From Podarcis pityusensis (Eukaryota), in assembly GCA_964106645.2 (NCBI GenBank), contig OZ067045.1: DNA of 64,000 nucleotides. One strand, written 5' to 3'. Positions 9,947 to 23,674 of this stretch are shown one piece after another (position 1 is the first letter of the stretch; every line of letters begins with the position of its first letter). The position numbers were made by a program, and so were the translations under genes. A model generated the notes under the pieces. It did not search any database. It was given only the letters and a program-made list of their open reading frames with translations, and was not told the origin of the DNA.

Positions 9947-12363
9947 CTAAGAGAAGAAAAACACAGTGTGGAAAAGAAGAAAAAAGAGAGGTAAGCACAC
10001 TTCATTTCATACTAATGACATAAAGGACCCAAGGTAGACAGACAGTTCTGTGCTGAAAGCTTGCTGGGCCTTTTCTGCTTCCAATAATTGGGCTGCTTTA
10101 TCCAATGGCCAAGGGGGAAAGATAAAGAAGAATGGGCAGCAGTTTCACAAAAGGGAGACAGCAAATAAATCCTTATTGCAAACAGCGTTTGTTGGAGATT
10201 AGCTTGATGAAGACCTTCTTGGACTAAATTGGTAGATTCTTTTTTCTGATGAAGTTTGCATTGTTTTATTGATAAAGGGCATTCTGCATGGGGAAAAGAG
10301 GCTGTAAACAACCAAGATTTATTTTGTTGCTTATCTTTGCCATTTTACTCTATTAGCCAGCCTGACTGCACATCTATTATTTCAGCTTGGCAAAAAAAGG
10401 GGGGCATGGGGGAGAAAGACAATCCAACTCTAATCAGATTTTGTAAGAAAAGTGAAGAGTGGAATTGATGTAGGTAACAGAAGAAAGAAGAGAGAGTACA
10501 TTTTGATATTATGCAAGAACACAAGTTCATTAATCTCATCCAGAAATGTTGTTTTGAATTGAAATATTTGTTCATTAAGGTTCTGTAAAGTCGAAATAAA
10601 AGCTTTGACCCCCATTAATAGCTATAATTTATCACATCTCTCTTTATAGCCCAATTGCTAGATATATTTACTCAGATGTATGTCTTAATTTTAGTCCATG
10701 GATGTATTCCCACATAAAATCTTGATCAGTTCATCCTAGTTTATACTTATTAACAGTAGTGAGGGACCTCTGATCCATGGGCTAATTAGGTTATTAAGCT
10801 ATTGGAATGTGTTGTAGGTGGTAAGATTGACTATTTCTGTTACAGAAGGAGTAAAAAAAGACAGTTTGTGCCCACCATAACTACATGAGACTTTGATTGG
10901 AATAAATGGGCAACAGCTTTCTTAACTTAGTAAGATCTGCAATGAGCAAAATCCAATTAGCCGCAAGCTAACAAACCCTTAATGCTGGTTCCTGACGTTC
11001 AGGCAAAAGCTAGGAAAATAAATATCCTGCTATCTATCTAGCATGGGTGATTCCATCATGGCTTTGAACACAAGGGCAGAAGGCAGGGTGGGTAACCTCC
11101 AGTCTACAAACTAATATTTGCCGGCCAAGAGGCTCAAGTTGATCCATGAGGCCATTTTCCCCAAGCCTTACCCACATGCCCATTAGCTGATGTGATTTGC
11201 GACACCATCTGATGGGCAAGAGCATGGGGCAATATCCTGCATTGGCTGTGTGTGCCTGTTCCCAGAAAGGAACAGCAGCACACACCCAAAGCAGCAGGAT
11301 TTCACCCTCTGCTTAGCAACTTATACATTCTGGAGAGGGCAACAGAAGATGCTTGTTTTTAGCAGGTCAGGCTATTTGCCTGTTCAGTATTGTGCATTCT
11401 GATTATTAGATGCTGTAGACTGCAAGCTGAACCTTCTGTATGCTAATCATCTGTCTTGCCACTGAACTACAGTCCCTCATTCTAGAGCCCTCATTAGTTC
11501 TAATTTGATTAGTTCTAAGGAGAGGATAGTGTAAGTACATGCTAGTGAGTCATTGTCTGCCTTTCCTTTCTTTTTAGGAATATTAGAAAGGTGCACCATG
11601 ACAAAGAGTGAGAACTCTGTATACTTGGTCATCATAATATGCAATGTATCACATTGGTCGGCAAGATTTCATGCAATTAATTGCCTTCATTGATGCACCA
11701 TGAATATGTTTAACATGGAACAATAATGTACTTCTTGCTGAGGGTGAGGAGGGGAATTAAGTTGCATGCAAACTGAGTATTCAAAACATTTCAAAAGCAT
11801 TTTCTTTATCTAAAGTTGATAAAAAAAATACATAAACAATGAATGCATTGGTTTCTTAGTGCCAAGTGTCACATTTAAACACTAAAGATTTCCTTTTATC
11901 TAAATTAACGGAATGATGGTGGTTCAAATTTTATAGACATTACAGAGGAATGTAATTAATTAGATAAGCTTCTGAAGAAATTATTCATGCCTCTTGTGAC
12001 TGGCCCCAAAATGTTTGTCTTTCATCTGAAATACAAACATTAAACCTAAAGATATTATAATTAGAAACTTGATGAGAATTCACTTTAAGAATTAATTTGC
12101 TAAACACTAGAGAAGAACTTGCTGAGTATAGAAACCTCCAAAAGGGGATACCCCTAGATAGCTGCACACTGCATACAACAATCATAATGGATTTATTTGT
12201 TTTGTCCATGAACTACAGGCTCTAAGAAATTCTAGGGATTGATGTTCTACAGCTCTAATGGGGAGTATGTGGTCCACTTGTGGGACTCCAGCTCCCATCA
12301 GCCCCAGTTAGAATGGCCAATGGCCAGAGATGAGAGGAGTTTTAACATCTGGAGGACCACAGG

Positions 12364-12501
12364 CATGGGCATAGCCCATGGGCATAGGGAGGTAGGCTTC
12401 ATGTTAGGGGGAGCAGAACCTCAGTTAGTTAAGCATTTTTTTTTACTTACTTGATCTACGGGGGTAGCTGCCCCCTCTCCTCCACATTGGCTATGCCCAT
12501 G
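12364..12501. mobile_element. hAT-type MITE nested in an older palindromic hAT MITE (about 12260-12522)
   Basis: Perfect 13-bp TIR CATGGGCATAGCC; 8-bp TSD accacagg / accatagg. Confidence 0.8.
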
Positions 12502-13755
12502 ACCATAGGTTCCCCATCTTTGACCTACAGTCTGCAAAGTAGGTACATAGAGCATGTAAAATAGCATGTTGAGCCACTTCCAACCTAACCCAGTTGATTA
12601 CATCACTCCATATTGTGGAGGGGGGAATATCTTTAAAATGTTCCTTATTAAAAGCAGCTCACGTGTAGTAAGTAAGCAGAGCAAGGAGAGCATTAGACTG
12701 AGTATTTCTCACAGGAAGCACTTGCAGTCTGATCTAGTAATGCTGAATTTAAGGGTTTGGGCTGGATCCTGATATGGCTTAAAACTAAGATAGCTGTACC
12801 CATGCAACTGAACAATTATAAGTGGTGCTATCCCTCAAAACATGAAATGTTATATGCAAACCCAGTACTTCCAAATAAACATGTTTAGAATTAGTAAATT
12901 CTAAAAGAGACCCACCAAAAGAAATCCATGTACTTATCACTTGCTGGATTATGAACCACAGTCATAAATCAGACTCACACTGCACAGTGCTTTAAATAGG
13001 AAGACCACCCCATTGGATTTTGATACAATTTTTTAAAGCATTAAATCAGGGCCAGATTGTGATAAATAGGAACAGGTTTTCCAAAATGTTAAATGCACTG
13101 CTGATTTGGCTGCACGCTTCATTCCCCCTCCCCAAGCTCACAAAGTTCCAGTGTTAATATTTCCATTTGATACACATTTATCAAGATTGTATCTGATGGA
13201 CCTAACAAGATAGCCTACCTGCACAGTAGCTTAATTTTATTCTGTACTGTTTTATGCTATTCTCCCTCCCACCCACCAATCCTCAGTGCAATCTTTAATC
13301 TGCAAAAAACAGAGTGCACTAAGCAATACAGAAGTGACATGTACAACAACATTACCTAATTTCAAGTACTGTGATAAAGGGTAAGGTTTCTGTGGGTGGC
13401 ACATTAACAGAGAAAAACTAGAATTAGGGAACCTTCTGAAATTCTTCTTTTCTAAACTGGTTCTGAGAAAGTAGAAATTCCCCGTGCTTCATTCCCCCCC
13501 CCCAAAAAAAAATGGGGGGAGAGTGCTGTGCATGCACAATTTGCCCTTCAGATAACTTCATGATTTCTCCTTCTCTGCATTATCAATGTATGCATAGGTA
13601 TTGACAAAGAACTGCAAAAGAAAAGCAGAAGACAGCAGATCATATTTACCACTATCTACATCATTACTTTTGTGTAGTGCTTTGCCAATGTGCAGGAGTG
13701 TGTTTTCTCACCACACACACAAAAAGAATCCTATGTGCAATTACATTAGGAATTA

Positions 13756-15399
13756 CCGTATTTTTCGCTCTATAACACGCACCTGACCATAACACACACA
13801 TTGTTTTTAGAGGAGGAAAACAAGGGAAAAAACATTCTGAATGAATGTGGATGTATCATTTTTGTGCTTCGTGCTGTGGCCACAGACATGTGATCTGATG
13901 GTGAATTTGGGGTGACCCAATGCAAAAATCCTGAGAATCCCTGTGGATCCATGCTTTGTAACCACGTTTTTGCACCATTGCAGCCCCAGGCAACAGTGGG
14001 TGCGTGATTTTTGGGGGGCAGGCTGTAGCCATGGACATGCTATGTGATCTGATGGTGAATTTGGAGTGACCCAATGCAAAGATCCTGAGGATCCATGTGG
14101 ATCCATGCTTTGTAACCACGTTTTTGCACCATTGCAGCCCCAGGCAACAGTGGGTGCGTGATTTTTGGGGGGCAGGCTGTAGCCATGGACATGCTATGTG
14201 ATCTGATGGTGAATTTGGGGTGACCCAATGCAAAGATCCTGAGGATCCATGTGGATCCATGCTTTGTAACCACGTTTTTGCACCATTGCAGCCCCAGGCA
14301 ACAGTGGGTGCGTGATTTTTTTGGTGCAGGCTGTAGCTATGGACATGCTATGTGATCTGATGGTGAATTTGGGGTGACCCAATGCAAAGATCCTGAGGAT
14401 CCATGTGGATCCATGCTTTGTAACCACGTTTTTGCACCATTGCAGCCCCAGGCAACAGTGGGTGTGTGATTTTTGGGGGGCAGGCTGTAGCCATGGACAT
14501 GCTATGTGCTCTGATGGTGAATTTGGGGTGACCCAATGCAAAGATCCTGAGGATCCATGTGGATCCATGCTTTGTAACCACATTTTAAGTGGGGAGGGAA
14601 GGAAAAACACAGAAGTGACAAGGAGCACGAGAGGGGTGTGCAGAGAAGCAGCTGGCTAAGAATGCAGGAGAGGGGTATAATGGGAGGGAGGAAAGGAAGG
14701 CAAAAGTTTCCCCCCCACCCACCCAAGCCAGCCAGCTCACGCTCTCTCTCTCCCACCTGCATGTTTTCCGGCTGCCTGATATATATATATATTTAATTGC
14801 CTTGACAGAAGAAAGCATTTTAACTGCATTAAGAACTATTTAGCAGCGAAACCTAAGCTTTGCCATCCCTTAAGAGGTACAGACACTGTAATCTTCCAGA
14901 TCGCATGAATTTACAGGCAAAACACTGTTTAAGGATTTCATCCTTTTAAATGGAAGAAAGCATATTTGAATGCTGTGTGTCCTCAAAAACAAAAGCAAGA
15001 AGTCAAATCAGAATTTTAAGCTGAACCTGTAATCTCTCTTCCCTTCACAAACATTGTTCCCTCCGGAGCATGGAGAGGAATTAGAAGGAAGGACGCTCTG
15101 CTTTCCCCTTTGCATGCCTGGAGGGGAGGGGCTTTCCCTGCTCTTTGTTCCATTTGAGCAAACACAGCAACGAAACAGAGAGGGTGGGCAGTAAGACCCT
15201 GAGGCAGAATGCAGGAAAGCAGCCGCTTCCTCTTTTCAGGTTTCCCTTCTCCGAGACACGACTTGATTTTTGCCTGATTTTTGCCTCCACTCGCGCCATT
15301 CGGCTCCAGGGACCACACATTCGCTCAATAACACGCACAGACATTTCCCTTTCCTTTTTAGGAGAAAAAAATCTGCGTGTTATAGAGAGAAAAATACGG
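13756..15399. mobile_element. Non-autonomous Tc1/mariner (pogo-like) TIR element, 1644 bp, containing a tandem array
   Basis: 26-bp TIRs CCGTATTTTTC(G/T)CTCTATAACACGCA (1 mismatch); TA at 13754-13755 and 15400-15401; no transposase ORF. Confidence 0.9.
13888..14582. repeat. 154-bp tandem repeat, about 4.5 near-identical units
   Basis: ccatgctttgtaaccac recurs at about 13949, 14103, 14257, 14411 and 14565 (period 154). Confidence 0.95.
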
Positions 15400-16087
15400 T
15401 ATCACCTGTGTTCTTTTTGATGCTTCATCAATGCATTGGTTCAATTCATTGGTTATATATAGGGAAGACAAAAATGAACTAAAAAGTGCTGAAAACTGTC
15501 TCTGATTCAATTCTGGAATACTCCTATTTAACCAGGTTTGGGAAAACATCCACCACCACCACCCCTCCATGCTACATACAGAAGCTGAAAGGATGGGCAG
15601 TGGAATCTTACTTCAACATGGGCAATAGGACACTGTTTTCCACTGCAGCTGAGTGCAGCGAGCTGAAAACAGAGAAAGCTGAAAACACTTTTTGCTGTGT
15701 TGAAAGTCACCACTTCCTTTGGATCACCTTTCAAGGGTCATTATCAAATGAATGGCAATAACTCTTTATATAATCATGCACAGGTACATTCAACTCATGT
15801 GCAGCTCTATGTGCAACTTCCACTCCACCTGTATTCATAAGGAGAACAGTGGCCATCGTTTCCACCATAGCAACTTTATAGTCATTGTGATTAATAACCC
15901 AGAAACAGAAGACACATCACTTTCAGTAAGCAACTGAAACAAACTAGAATCATGACTCCTTCAGCTGATAACTAGCTATCAGGATTAAGGCAACACATGT
16001 TTCACTTGGTTTCTCTTCAGAAGCTAATACCTACATTTTCCTGAATGCCAGCAGCCCACCCTCTTTGCTCAGCAACCAATTTGACTT

Positions 16088-16275
16088 ATTGGTTAGAGTG
16101 TCAGATGAAAAACTTTGGTTCAAGCCAATGCTCAGCCATGAGTCACTGGGTGACACTAACTGAGTCACCATCTCTCAGTCTAATCTTCCTCCCAGGATTG
16201 TTGTAAGATGGAAATGGGAGAGGGCAGCTATTTGTGCCATCCTAAACTCCTTGGAGAAAAGGGACAGCAAAAATT
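16088..16275 (+). mobile_element. Old MIR/Squam3-like tRNA-derived SINE (inverted relative at about 49085-49270)
   Basis: A-box-like tggttagag, B-box-like ggttcaagcc, core ctgggtgac...tctctcagtcta; degenerate. Confidence 0.55.
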
Positions 16276-17981
16276 GAAATCTGTGAGCAGTGAAATCCTG
16301 TGCATGTTTATTCAGAAGTTCTATTGGGTTCATAGTCCGCAGCCACTAAACAGAACACATAAGCTCACATTTTAAACTGTGCTGTTATGGCTTTCATTCT
16401 CATTTCATTTCCAGGTTGGATAAAATTTAGAAGAATGGTATCACAGTGCTGAGACTGAGAATAGTATTTAAGCCCAGTGCATGTCGGAAGAGAGGACTGG
16501 GCACACTGCTTCCCATGGTGAAAGACTTGTGATCAATTTCAAAGGACAACACTTGTAAATCTATAAGCAGCTGTACTCCAATGATCTACAAGTCTGATTA
16601 AAGATGCTCAGGTTTTGTGCTGATTCACCTTCAGGGGTGATACACATCCTGCAAGGTCACTCACTCTGTGAGGGATTGATAGGCAATCTGGAACTACAGA
16701 GGCAAGGGTAAATTATAATTCCCTGGGAGACACAACAAACAGTTGCTTCATAAAATGCAGCGTCAGCCCAAAACATTTTGCTGTCAGAGTTGTAGGACAA
16801 GATGGTGACCTACTCCCATTTCCATGTCCTGAAACAGGCTGAATCGGTACCTGAATCATATATGGGTGATGAAGAAGATTGGGGGTGGGGAATGATACCT
16901 GCCACAATTCATTATCAGACCTCTTATGATCACTTTGCCATTATGTGGTCTCTTCTGTATGATTCAGGAATCAGGCCTTCAATGTGGTGGCACCTACCCT
17001 TTTGACCTCCCTCCCACTGCATGTCACTCAGAGGACAGCAACATGAAAACAGGCATTTCCAGTGGTGGCTCCCACCTTGTGGAATGCTCTCTCCAAGGAG
17101 GCATGCCTTTTTATCTTGGCTTCTAGCCCTTAATTTGGCATTTGTGACCTCCTTTAGGAGGGCAGCTTCAGTATCTATAATGGATTTGTTTTTGTATATG
17201 CAATTGGTTCCACTTTTATATATGAAATTCTTGAATATATATTTTACTGCTGATGTTTTGATGGTTAAATCATTTTGATGTATTTCATAGGAATAAATTC
17301 TATATATGTTTTCCAGAATGCCCTGGACAATGTGTCATTCCACAATGGTTTGCTCCAAAATCCTCCAGTCAGTAGCTGAAGCCCATAGCAGTATCTTTTC
17401 TTACTTGGGGGCTATTGTGATTAACCCAGGTAATAGCAAAAGCCTCCTAGCTATGAATCACAGTAGTTCTGTGGCCTCTGTTTTTGGCATCCTGGTATTC
17501 TAGATGATGCCAGAGTTCAGTTAGCCATGCTAGCAATGAGGCAGGAAATGCTTTAAAAGGCAAAACATGTGCTTTTAAAAATTATGGAGTATGAAAAAAA
17601 TGTGAAATTCCAAAACAGTGAGATGCCCACCAGCCAAAATTCACAGAAAATGAAATGCATTTGCTGTTTTGCTTCCTCGTTGTAACAAACTATATTGTTT
17701 TTGCATGCCCTAAACAAGAGCACCACGTTCTATCTGACAGATGCTGTATAGTATGGACTTAGTCCCTGAAAATCAAGGTTCTGTCTCTTCATTTTATTTG
17801 GAACCAGGTATTGCCTGCAGCTCAGTGTTCAAATATCTGATTTATAAGATATAAGAATGCAGATGTCCATTTGGCAGCCCTTCTGCTAAAAAAAGTCAAA
17901 GGGGGAAAAAGCAAATTTCTCCTGACCTCAGGCTCATAGGCATTTTGCCAATGCATCACAAAATAGTAACTCCTCTCTCTC

Positions 17982-18021
<40 letters not shown>

Positions 18022-18673
18022 TTTTAGGAAATAGAAAATGCTTCAAACATATTAGCCCTGTTCAGGCATTCCTGAAAATAACAAATAATAATAAACCATC
18101 CAGTCCAGCCTCCTGCAATGCAGGAGTAAATACAGTTAGATAAACACAGTTAGAAGCCCTTTTCAGAACTACGCACTCGTCCCTTGGCAGGGATACACTC
18201 TATATTATTATTATTTCTTAAAGCATTCTGATAAGCCGCAGGGGATTTCCAGTCCTTTGCCAGACCATTGCCCTTTAAATAAGCTATGACCCCTACCATC
18301 AAGCACCACAGTGTCAGACAATCCCACCTCTTCACTGTTGAAGAGGATGCAATGGCTAGGCCAGGTGAAGGGAAAGGCTATGACACCCCACCCCACTCAC
18401 TCCTGCAGAGACTGTGTTAACTTACATAATGGGCTATGTGAAGGTCAAGTTAATAGAAAAAATAATGTGAACATCATGAAATAAATAGCTGGAATGTTTT
18501 TTTCCTAAACAAGAAAAGGGGGTATTAAGGATACAGTGAACAAAGGGATATCAAAAATTATATTTCGGATTACTTTTAAATTATCTCTTTATTTCACCCT
18601 TTAGCAATAAGCACACAATCCTGCTGTACTCAACATAACACCTGCAGAATAAACAAACTCTTCCTTTTTACTT

Positions 18674-19028
18674 GACTGAGGGGAGAAATGATAGTTATCT
18701 TCAAATATCTAAAGTGCTGACACAAGGAAGATGGAACATGCTTGTTTTCTCTTGCTCGGGGGTGGGGGTGGGGTAGTACTCAAACCAATGGCATCCAGTT
18801 ACAAGAAGGGAGATTCTGACTAAGCATCAGGAATAACTTTCTGAGGGTAAGAGCTGTTCAAGAGTGGAACAGATTCCCTCAGAAGGTTGTGGACACTCCT
18901 TCCTTGGAGGTTTTTAAGCAGAGGTTGGATGGGTATCTGTCATGGATGCTTTATTTGAGATTCCTGCATTGCAGAAGGTCACAGTAGATGACCCTCAGGG
19001 TCCCTTCTAACCCTACAGTTCTGTGGTT
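18674..19028 (+). mobile_element. CR1 LINE 3' fragment
   Basis: CR1 ORF2-end and 3'UTR pattern (ttcaaatatct, tccttccttggaggtttttaagcagagg, ggtcccttctaaccctacagttctgtg). Confidence 0.85.
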
Positions 19029-20555
19029 ATATATGTTTTATTGCCAGGTGGATAGAGAACACAACTGAAACTGCCAGAGACTCTTGCTCGATATAAAAAG
19101 AATATTCTGGGTAAGAAGCTCTGAGACTTGGTCTGGAGATTTTATGGTAGTTTGTGAAAAATATGAGGCTCTGTGAAAGTCTGTGAGTGAAGTTGGATTA
19201 TACTGCTGCCAGTAGATGGTGGTAATAGGGCCTTTCCTTGGTCTTGCTATGAAGATGGTGATAGGTGCAGTGGAAGTCTAGAAAACTGGCTGGAATAGCT
19301 AGGCCTCCAAGCAATGGTCCTTAACATGAAGGAAGGAGGCTTGGCCCTTACTCTCTGGTCAGAAGCTATCATTAGGCTCTTCCCCTAAGCCCTGCTGGGT
19401 CGCGCCATAAAGGGAATAGCTACATTCCAGAATTGCCCAGCCCCCTTTCTCCACAGGAAGACATAGGAGTCCCAGACTTAAACCAGGCACCCCAAGATCT
19501 ATAGAGACCTATAGAGTAACCTGGGACATGGTGGAAGCTGGCCTGTGAAGTAACAGACCAGAAACAAAACAATACTTGCAGCAGACCAGATGTGAGCCAG
19601 TGGCTTCTGTGACCCCTTAGTTAGGCATGGGCCCACAGAAGATGTGAAACACCTCTTTTTTATGTGCGGCTTCCCCTGGGGTGCAGCACAAGCACATAAA
19701 CGGATGCTTTAGCACCATCTCTCCTCCCTCCATCACAGGAAATTCTTGCAGTAAAACTTGCTAAATGGCAGTCAATTATACAAAGTGCAAGTTGGGAGTG
19801 AATAAGCAAAACTTCCATAAGAATGCTAAAGTTACTAGTAATTCTGTAGGGAACTGGAAAACAACACAGAAAAGTTAAAGCTATAAGTAAACTCTCTATG
19901 ACATTATAATATATTTCCCCATGGGGAATCTGTAGGATAATTTTGTTGTATGTCTTTTGTTTTAATGTGTTCCCATGTTATGCTTTTTAAAAACCACATG
20001 ACTTACAATCTATACATAACTTTTTTTTCTTTTGAGAATGTATAACATGGCACTTCAGTGATTGTATTTATATTCTTGGTAAACCATAAAGAGGCTTTTT
20101 GGCTTGCTGACAAAAAAGCATAAAACGATCTCACCGTCTTCATTTTAGACAATGCACTAGATATGAGGAATACTTGCCTGCCTGCCTGCCTGCCTGCCTG
20201 CCTCTCAATGTTTGTGCAACATGTCCTTGGATTTCTGTTGCTGGAAACCACTTCTGTGGCCATATGTAAAAGTTAGTAGTAACCGAATCAAAAGCTTGAT
20301 TTTGGTATTATAAAACATGCAAGTTCTTTGGTTAGGAAGAACAGTGGTTGAGAGGGGATTTTTTGAGATGGGAAGGGCCTTTTACGTGTCAGCCTTATGT
20401 AATAAGTGCACCAGACTTTGCATACTGCAGGGTTGGGGGGGGGGGAGCCTAATTGCTTCCATGATGTATAAATAGCCATAGTCTATCACACTGACAGTTG
20501 AGACAAAATGGTGCAGGGATGATATACTCAGTACTGATGACAAAATTCACTTCCC

Positions 20556-20556
<1 letters not shown>

Positions 20557-20603
<47 letters not shown>
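20557..20603. repeat. (GTT)n microsatellite
   Basis: About 15 uninterrupted units. Confidence 0.95.
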
Positions 20604-20605
<2 letters not shown>

Positions 20606-23587
20606 TGGGGGTGGGGGTGGGCAATGACATGGAAACAGAATCAAAGTGTTCAGCCATTCAGAGAGGGGATAATGTGATGTCACATTCTGACTTGGCTTTG
20701 GTTATACTCAGTGACTCCTTCACATAACCAGATCTAATTTGCTCCAAAGCACTGCAATGCCTTTGCACTCATCTCTGCTTGCTGGGGCTACTTACTCCTA
20801 GGAAGAAAATATTGCTTTCAATGGCATCCATATAACAGGCAATTGAGGAATAAACAGGCAGAGAACAAACACTGATAGTGATCAATCTGAGCAAGTGTTT
20901 TCTTTATGACGTGTAGGGGGTGGGGAGAATACTTCAGCACTTGCAGAACACTCCTGTTGCCTCCAAAGTGGATCAGGGCGAACATCACTGCTCAGTGGAT
21001 TCAATGGACATCCGCATCCCATAATGTCATTGGGAAATGACAATGGTAAACTTTTCAATAAAGCTTCAATCTCATTTCTGAAAGTGCAGGACTAGTGTAG
21101 AAAATAGAACAGCATTCTTTTATTTAAGCTGCAGTACTCAAAATCCACTTCATCTGGAAGAGTGCCATTAAAATCAATGAATTATACTTGAGTGGGTGGC
21201 TTGAGATATCAGCTGAACATTTTTTAAAATACTGGAAGTTTCTTTCTACCTATCCAATTAGTTTCTCTCAATTCTGGTTTCTCTGATGTCCCCTTTCCCT
21301 TCATGCATATTTTTTTTAAAAAAAAAAACAAAAACAAACAAAGAAAGAAAGAAATGTATTTGGCTTTAGAAAGGGAAAGGGGGTGTGAGAGAGAAATTGA
21401 GAGAGTGGGGAATGCATCTGTCAACTTAGTTTCTCCCCCCCCCCCACCTTTCCTTAAGTTTGCAATTCAAAAATGGATGAAGCGAGCAGGGAGAGTAAAA
21501 ATGTAAGGCAGTTCAGCCATTCTATCCAAAGCCCTGCTAAACTCTAACAAGAAGGGTGGAAGTCAGAGAATTCATGCCACCCATTTCTTCCTCTTCTTCT
21601 TCTTCTCCCCCATTAGAAAAAAGGTGTCTCAGATCCCCCCACCCCGGTTTGGGAGTAGGGATAATTGATAACTCTGTTTGAAATGGGAACAGAAATTGCT
21701 GTGATGTGCATGTTTGTTTGAGGTCGGGAATGGAAATCACGCAAACAAATGCAAGCAGGGGTTGTTATCATTGGTTTTCTTAGTTCACAAATGTAACATA
21801 AAAAACTACATCATTTTCTGCTTTGTTTTTGACATTTCCCTTCCATTGAAACTCATCAAAATTAATAACATTAGTTTCAGCCATAGCAGATAGTGAGACA
21901 AATAATGTAGGTTTTAGTGGAATTTGAACTGTTGTGAAATGGCAACAGCACCAATTGTGACAAACATAAGATGGAATCACTGTCTCCTTCCATCCCTCTT
22001 TAGGACCACGTCAAGGGAACAGGATGACTTTGGATCCAATCCATTTCCTGGTACATTTACATGGGCCCATAAGGCTTCAGCAGTGGCTGGGAGGACGGTT
22101 TTGTAAGTATTGTACTCTAAGCTCAGGTTGCCCCATTTCCGTATTGGATTGCAAACTTCTGCATAAACATTTGGATGTTTTTTGATGCACATTTCTCCCA
22201 TTTCACACATTTTCCCATTCACACATTTTTACATGGTTTTGCATAATATATGGGGTTTTATTTTGCAAGACTTTCCCCCTAATATAATGCATTTTTGTAT
22301 CCTTTCAGGGTAGAATTGTTGGAAAACTGCATCACAAAATCTGGAGAAATTGTGTTTCAATTCACATATTGGTTCAGGAAATGTGAATTAGCAAGGTCCA
22401 TATTAAAACGCAAACCAAGTATGTGGCAGCTTTGAGGTTTGGCAAATTAGCATTCATTTTTGTGAGCAACCACCAACTTCCTCAGATACATTCATTGAAC
22501 TGAAAATGATGCTGCTGAAAATCAAGCTGACATTATGAGTACCAAGGATAATATGATATTACTACAATATTAAATATTTCAAATATTGTGCTGTTTGTTC
22601 AAATAGATATCTTCCATAAGAAGCATCTCAGGAGACCCTAATACACAAGTGTGACAATAAAGTTGACTTTCATTTGCCAAGGTCCTCTATCACATAGTCC
22701 TATAGTTTAGGCTACAAAAATATTAAGTCTTGTGATACAGTCTCTGTAAGTCCATAATGTACTGAACAACCACCATGTCTCCGAGCTCAGATTTATACAA
22801 GATTCTTTTTCATTTTCACTCATATATTTACGGTACAGAAAACAGTACCAGTTCCTTTGTATAGAAAACTGATGGTCAATAGAAGAAAGCAAAGCACACT
22901 TTTCAATATATTCTAAGAACAAAAGCACGTCACTTTTTTGATTTGGTCATTTGGCCAATGCCAGTTCCCTTTAGATTCTGACCCACTTTATGTTCTGACT
23001 TCATATTACTCCTGGCTCACAATGGACTCTTTCCTTTGAACGAATCTAGATACAGCATAAAATAAGAAAGAAAGGGATCAAATCACAGGCCCTGTAATTT
23101 TCATTCTGCTTTTTCTTCTTCTGATTTAATAACATAATTTCTCTCCTACACCTCTAGTGGTCTCTCCCCCACCCCAGAACAGTCTTGGAAGCAAGGTCAA
23201 AGTCTTCTTGTGTGAACTGATTTTGAAATCAGTCTGGTACTTCGAATTGGAGTAGGAAAATAGGAAAATAAATCAACTGGAAAAAGGTGTGTGCTTGTTC
23301 AATTGCCAGTGTTCTAACATGTTCTATGCTACAACATGAAATAAGACAATATGGGAAGAGATGAGAATGTAATCAATTTGATTTCAGCTCAGCAATTCTA
23401 TCTACTAAAAGCCTTTTCAGGTGTTGGAATCAAAGGTTCACAACACAGAAGCTTTGTGCCAACGCACAGTATAACCTTTGTCTATATGTGGTAGTGAAGA
23501 GTAAGCATCCCACAACAGCTGCCCCCTGTATTCGTTCATCTTATATCCATGTGTTCAAGGTTGCATATACAGAGGCCTATATGAATA

Positions 23588-23674
23588 CAGTGGTACCTCG
23601 GGTTAAGTATTTAATTCGTTCCAGAGGTCCGTTCTTAACCTGAAACTGTTCTTAACCTGAAGCACCACTTTAGC
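23588..23674 (+). mobile_element. Left part only of a family-A Tc1/mariner MITE
   Basis: TA followed by CAGTGGTACCTCGGGTTAAG...gcaccactttagc; similarity then stops abruptly. Confidence 0.85.

Noticed and set aside
13888-14582. CRISPR-like array
   Set aside because: Whole units are repeated with no unique spacers, there are no cas genes, and the context is a vertebrate intron.
13770-14818. Cluster of overlapping minus-strand ORFs with repeated peptides (MDPHGSSGSLHW...)
   Set aside because: They result from translating the 154-bp tandem unit, which is not a multiple of 3; no gene structure.
19040-19700. Possible old LTR-element internal sequence
   Set aside because: No termini, TSD or recognisable coding remnant could be found.
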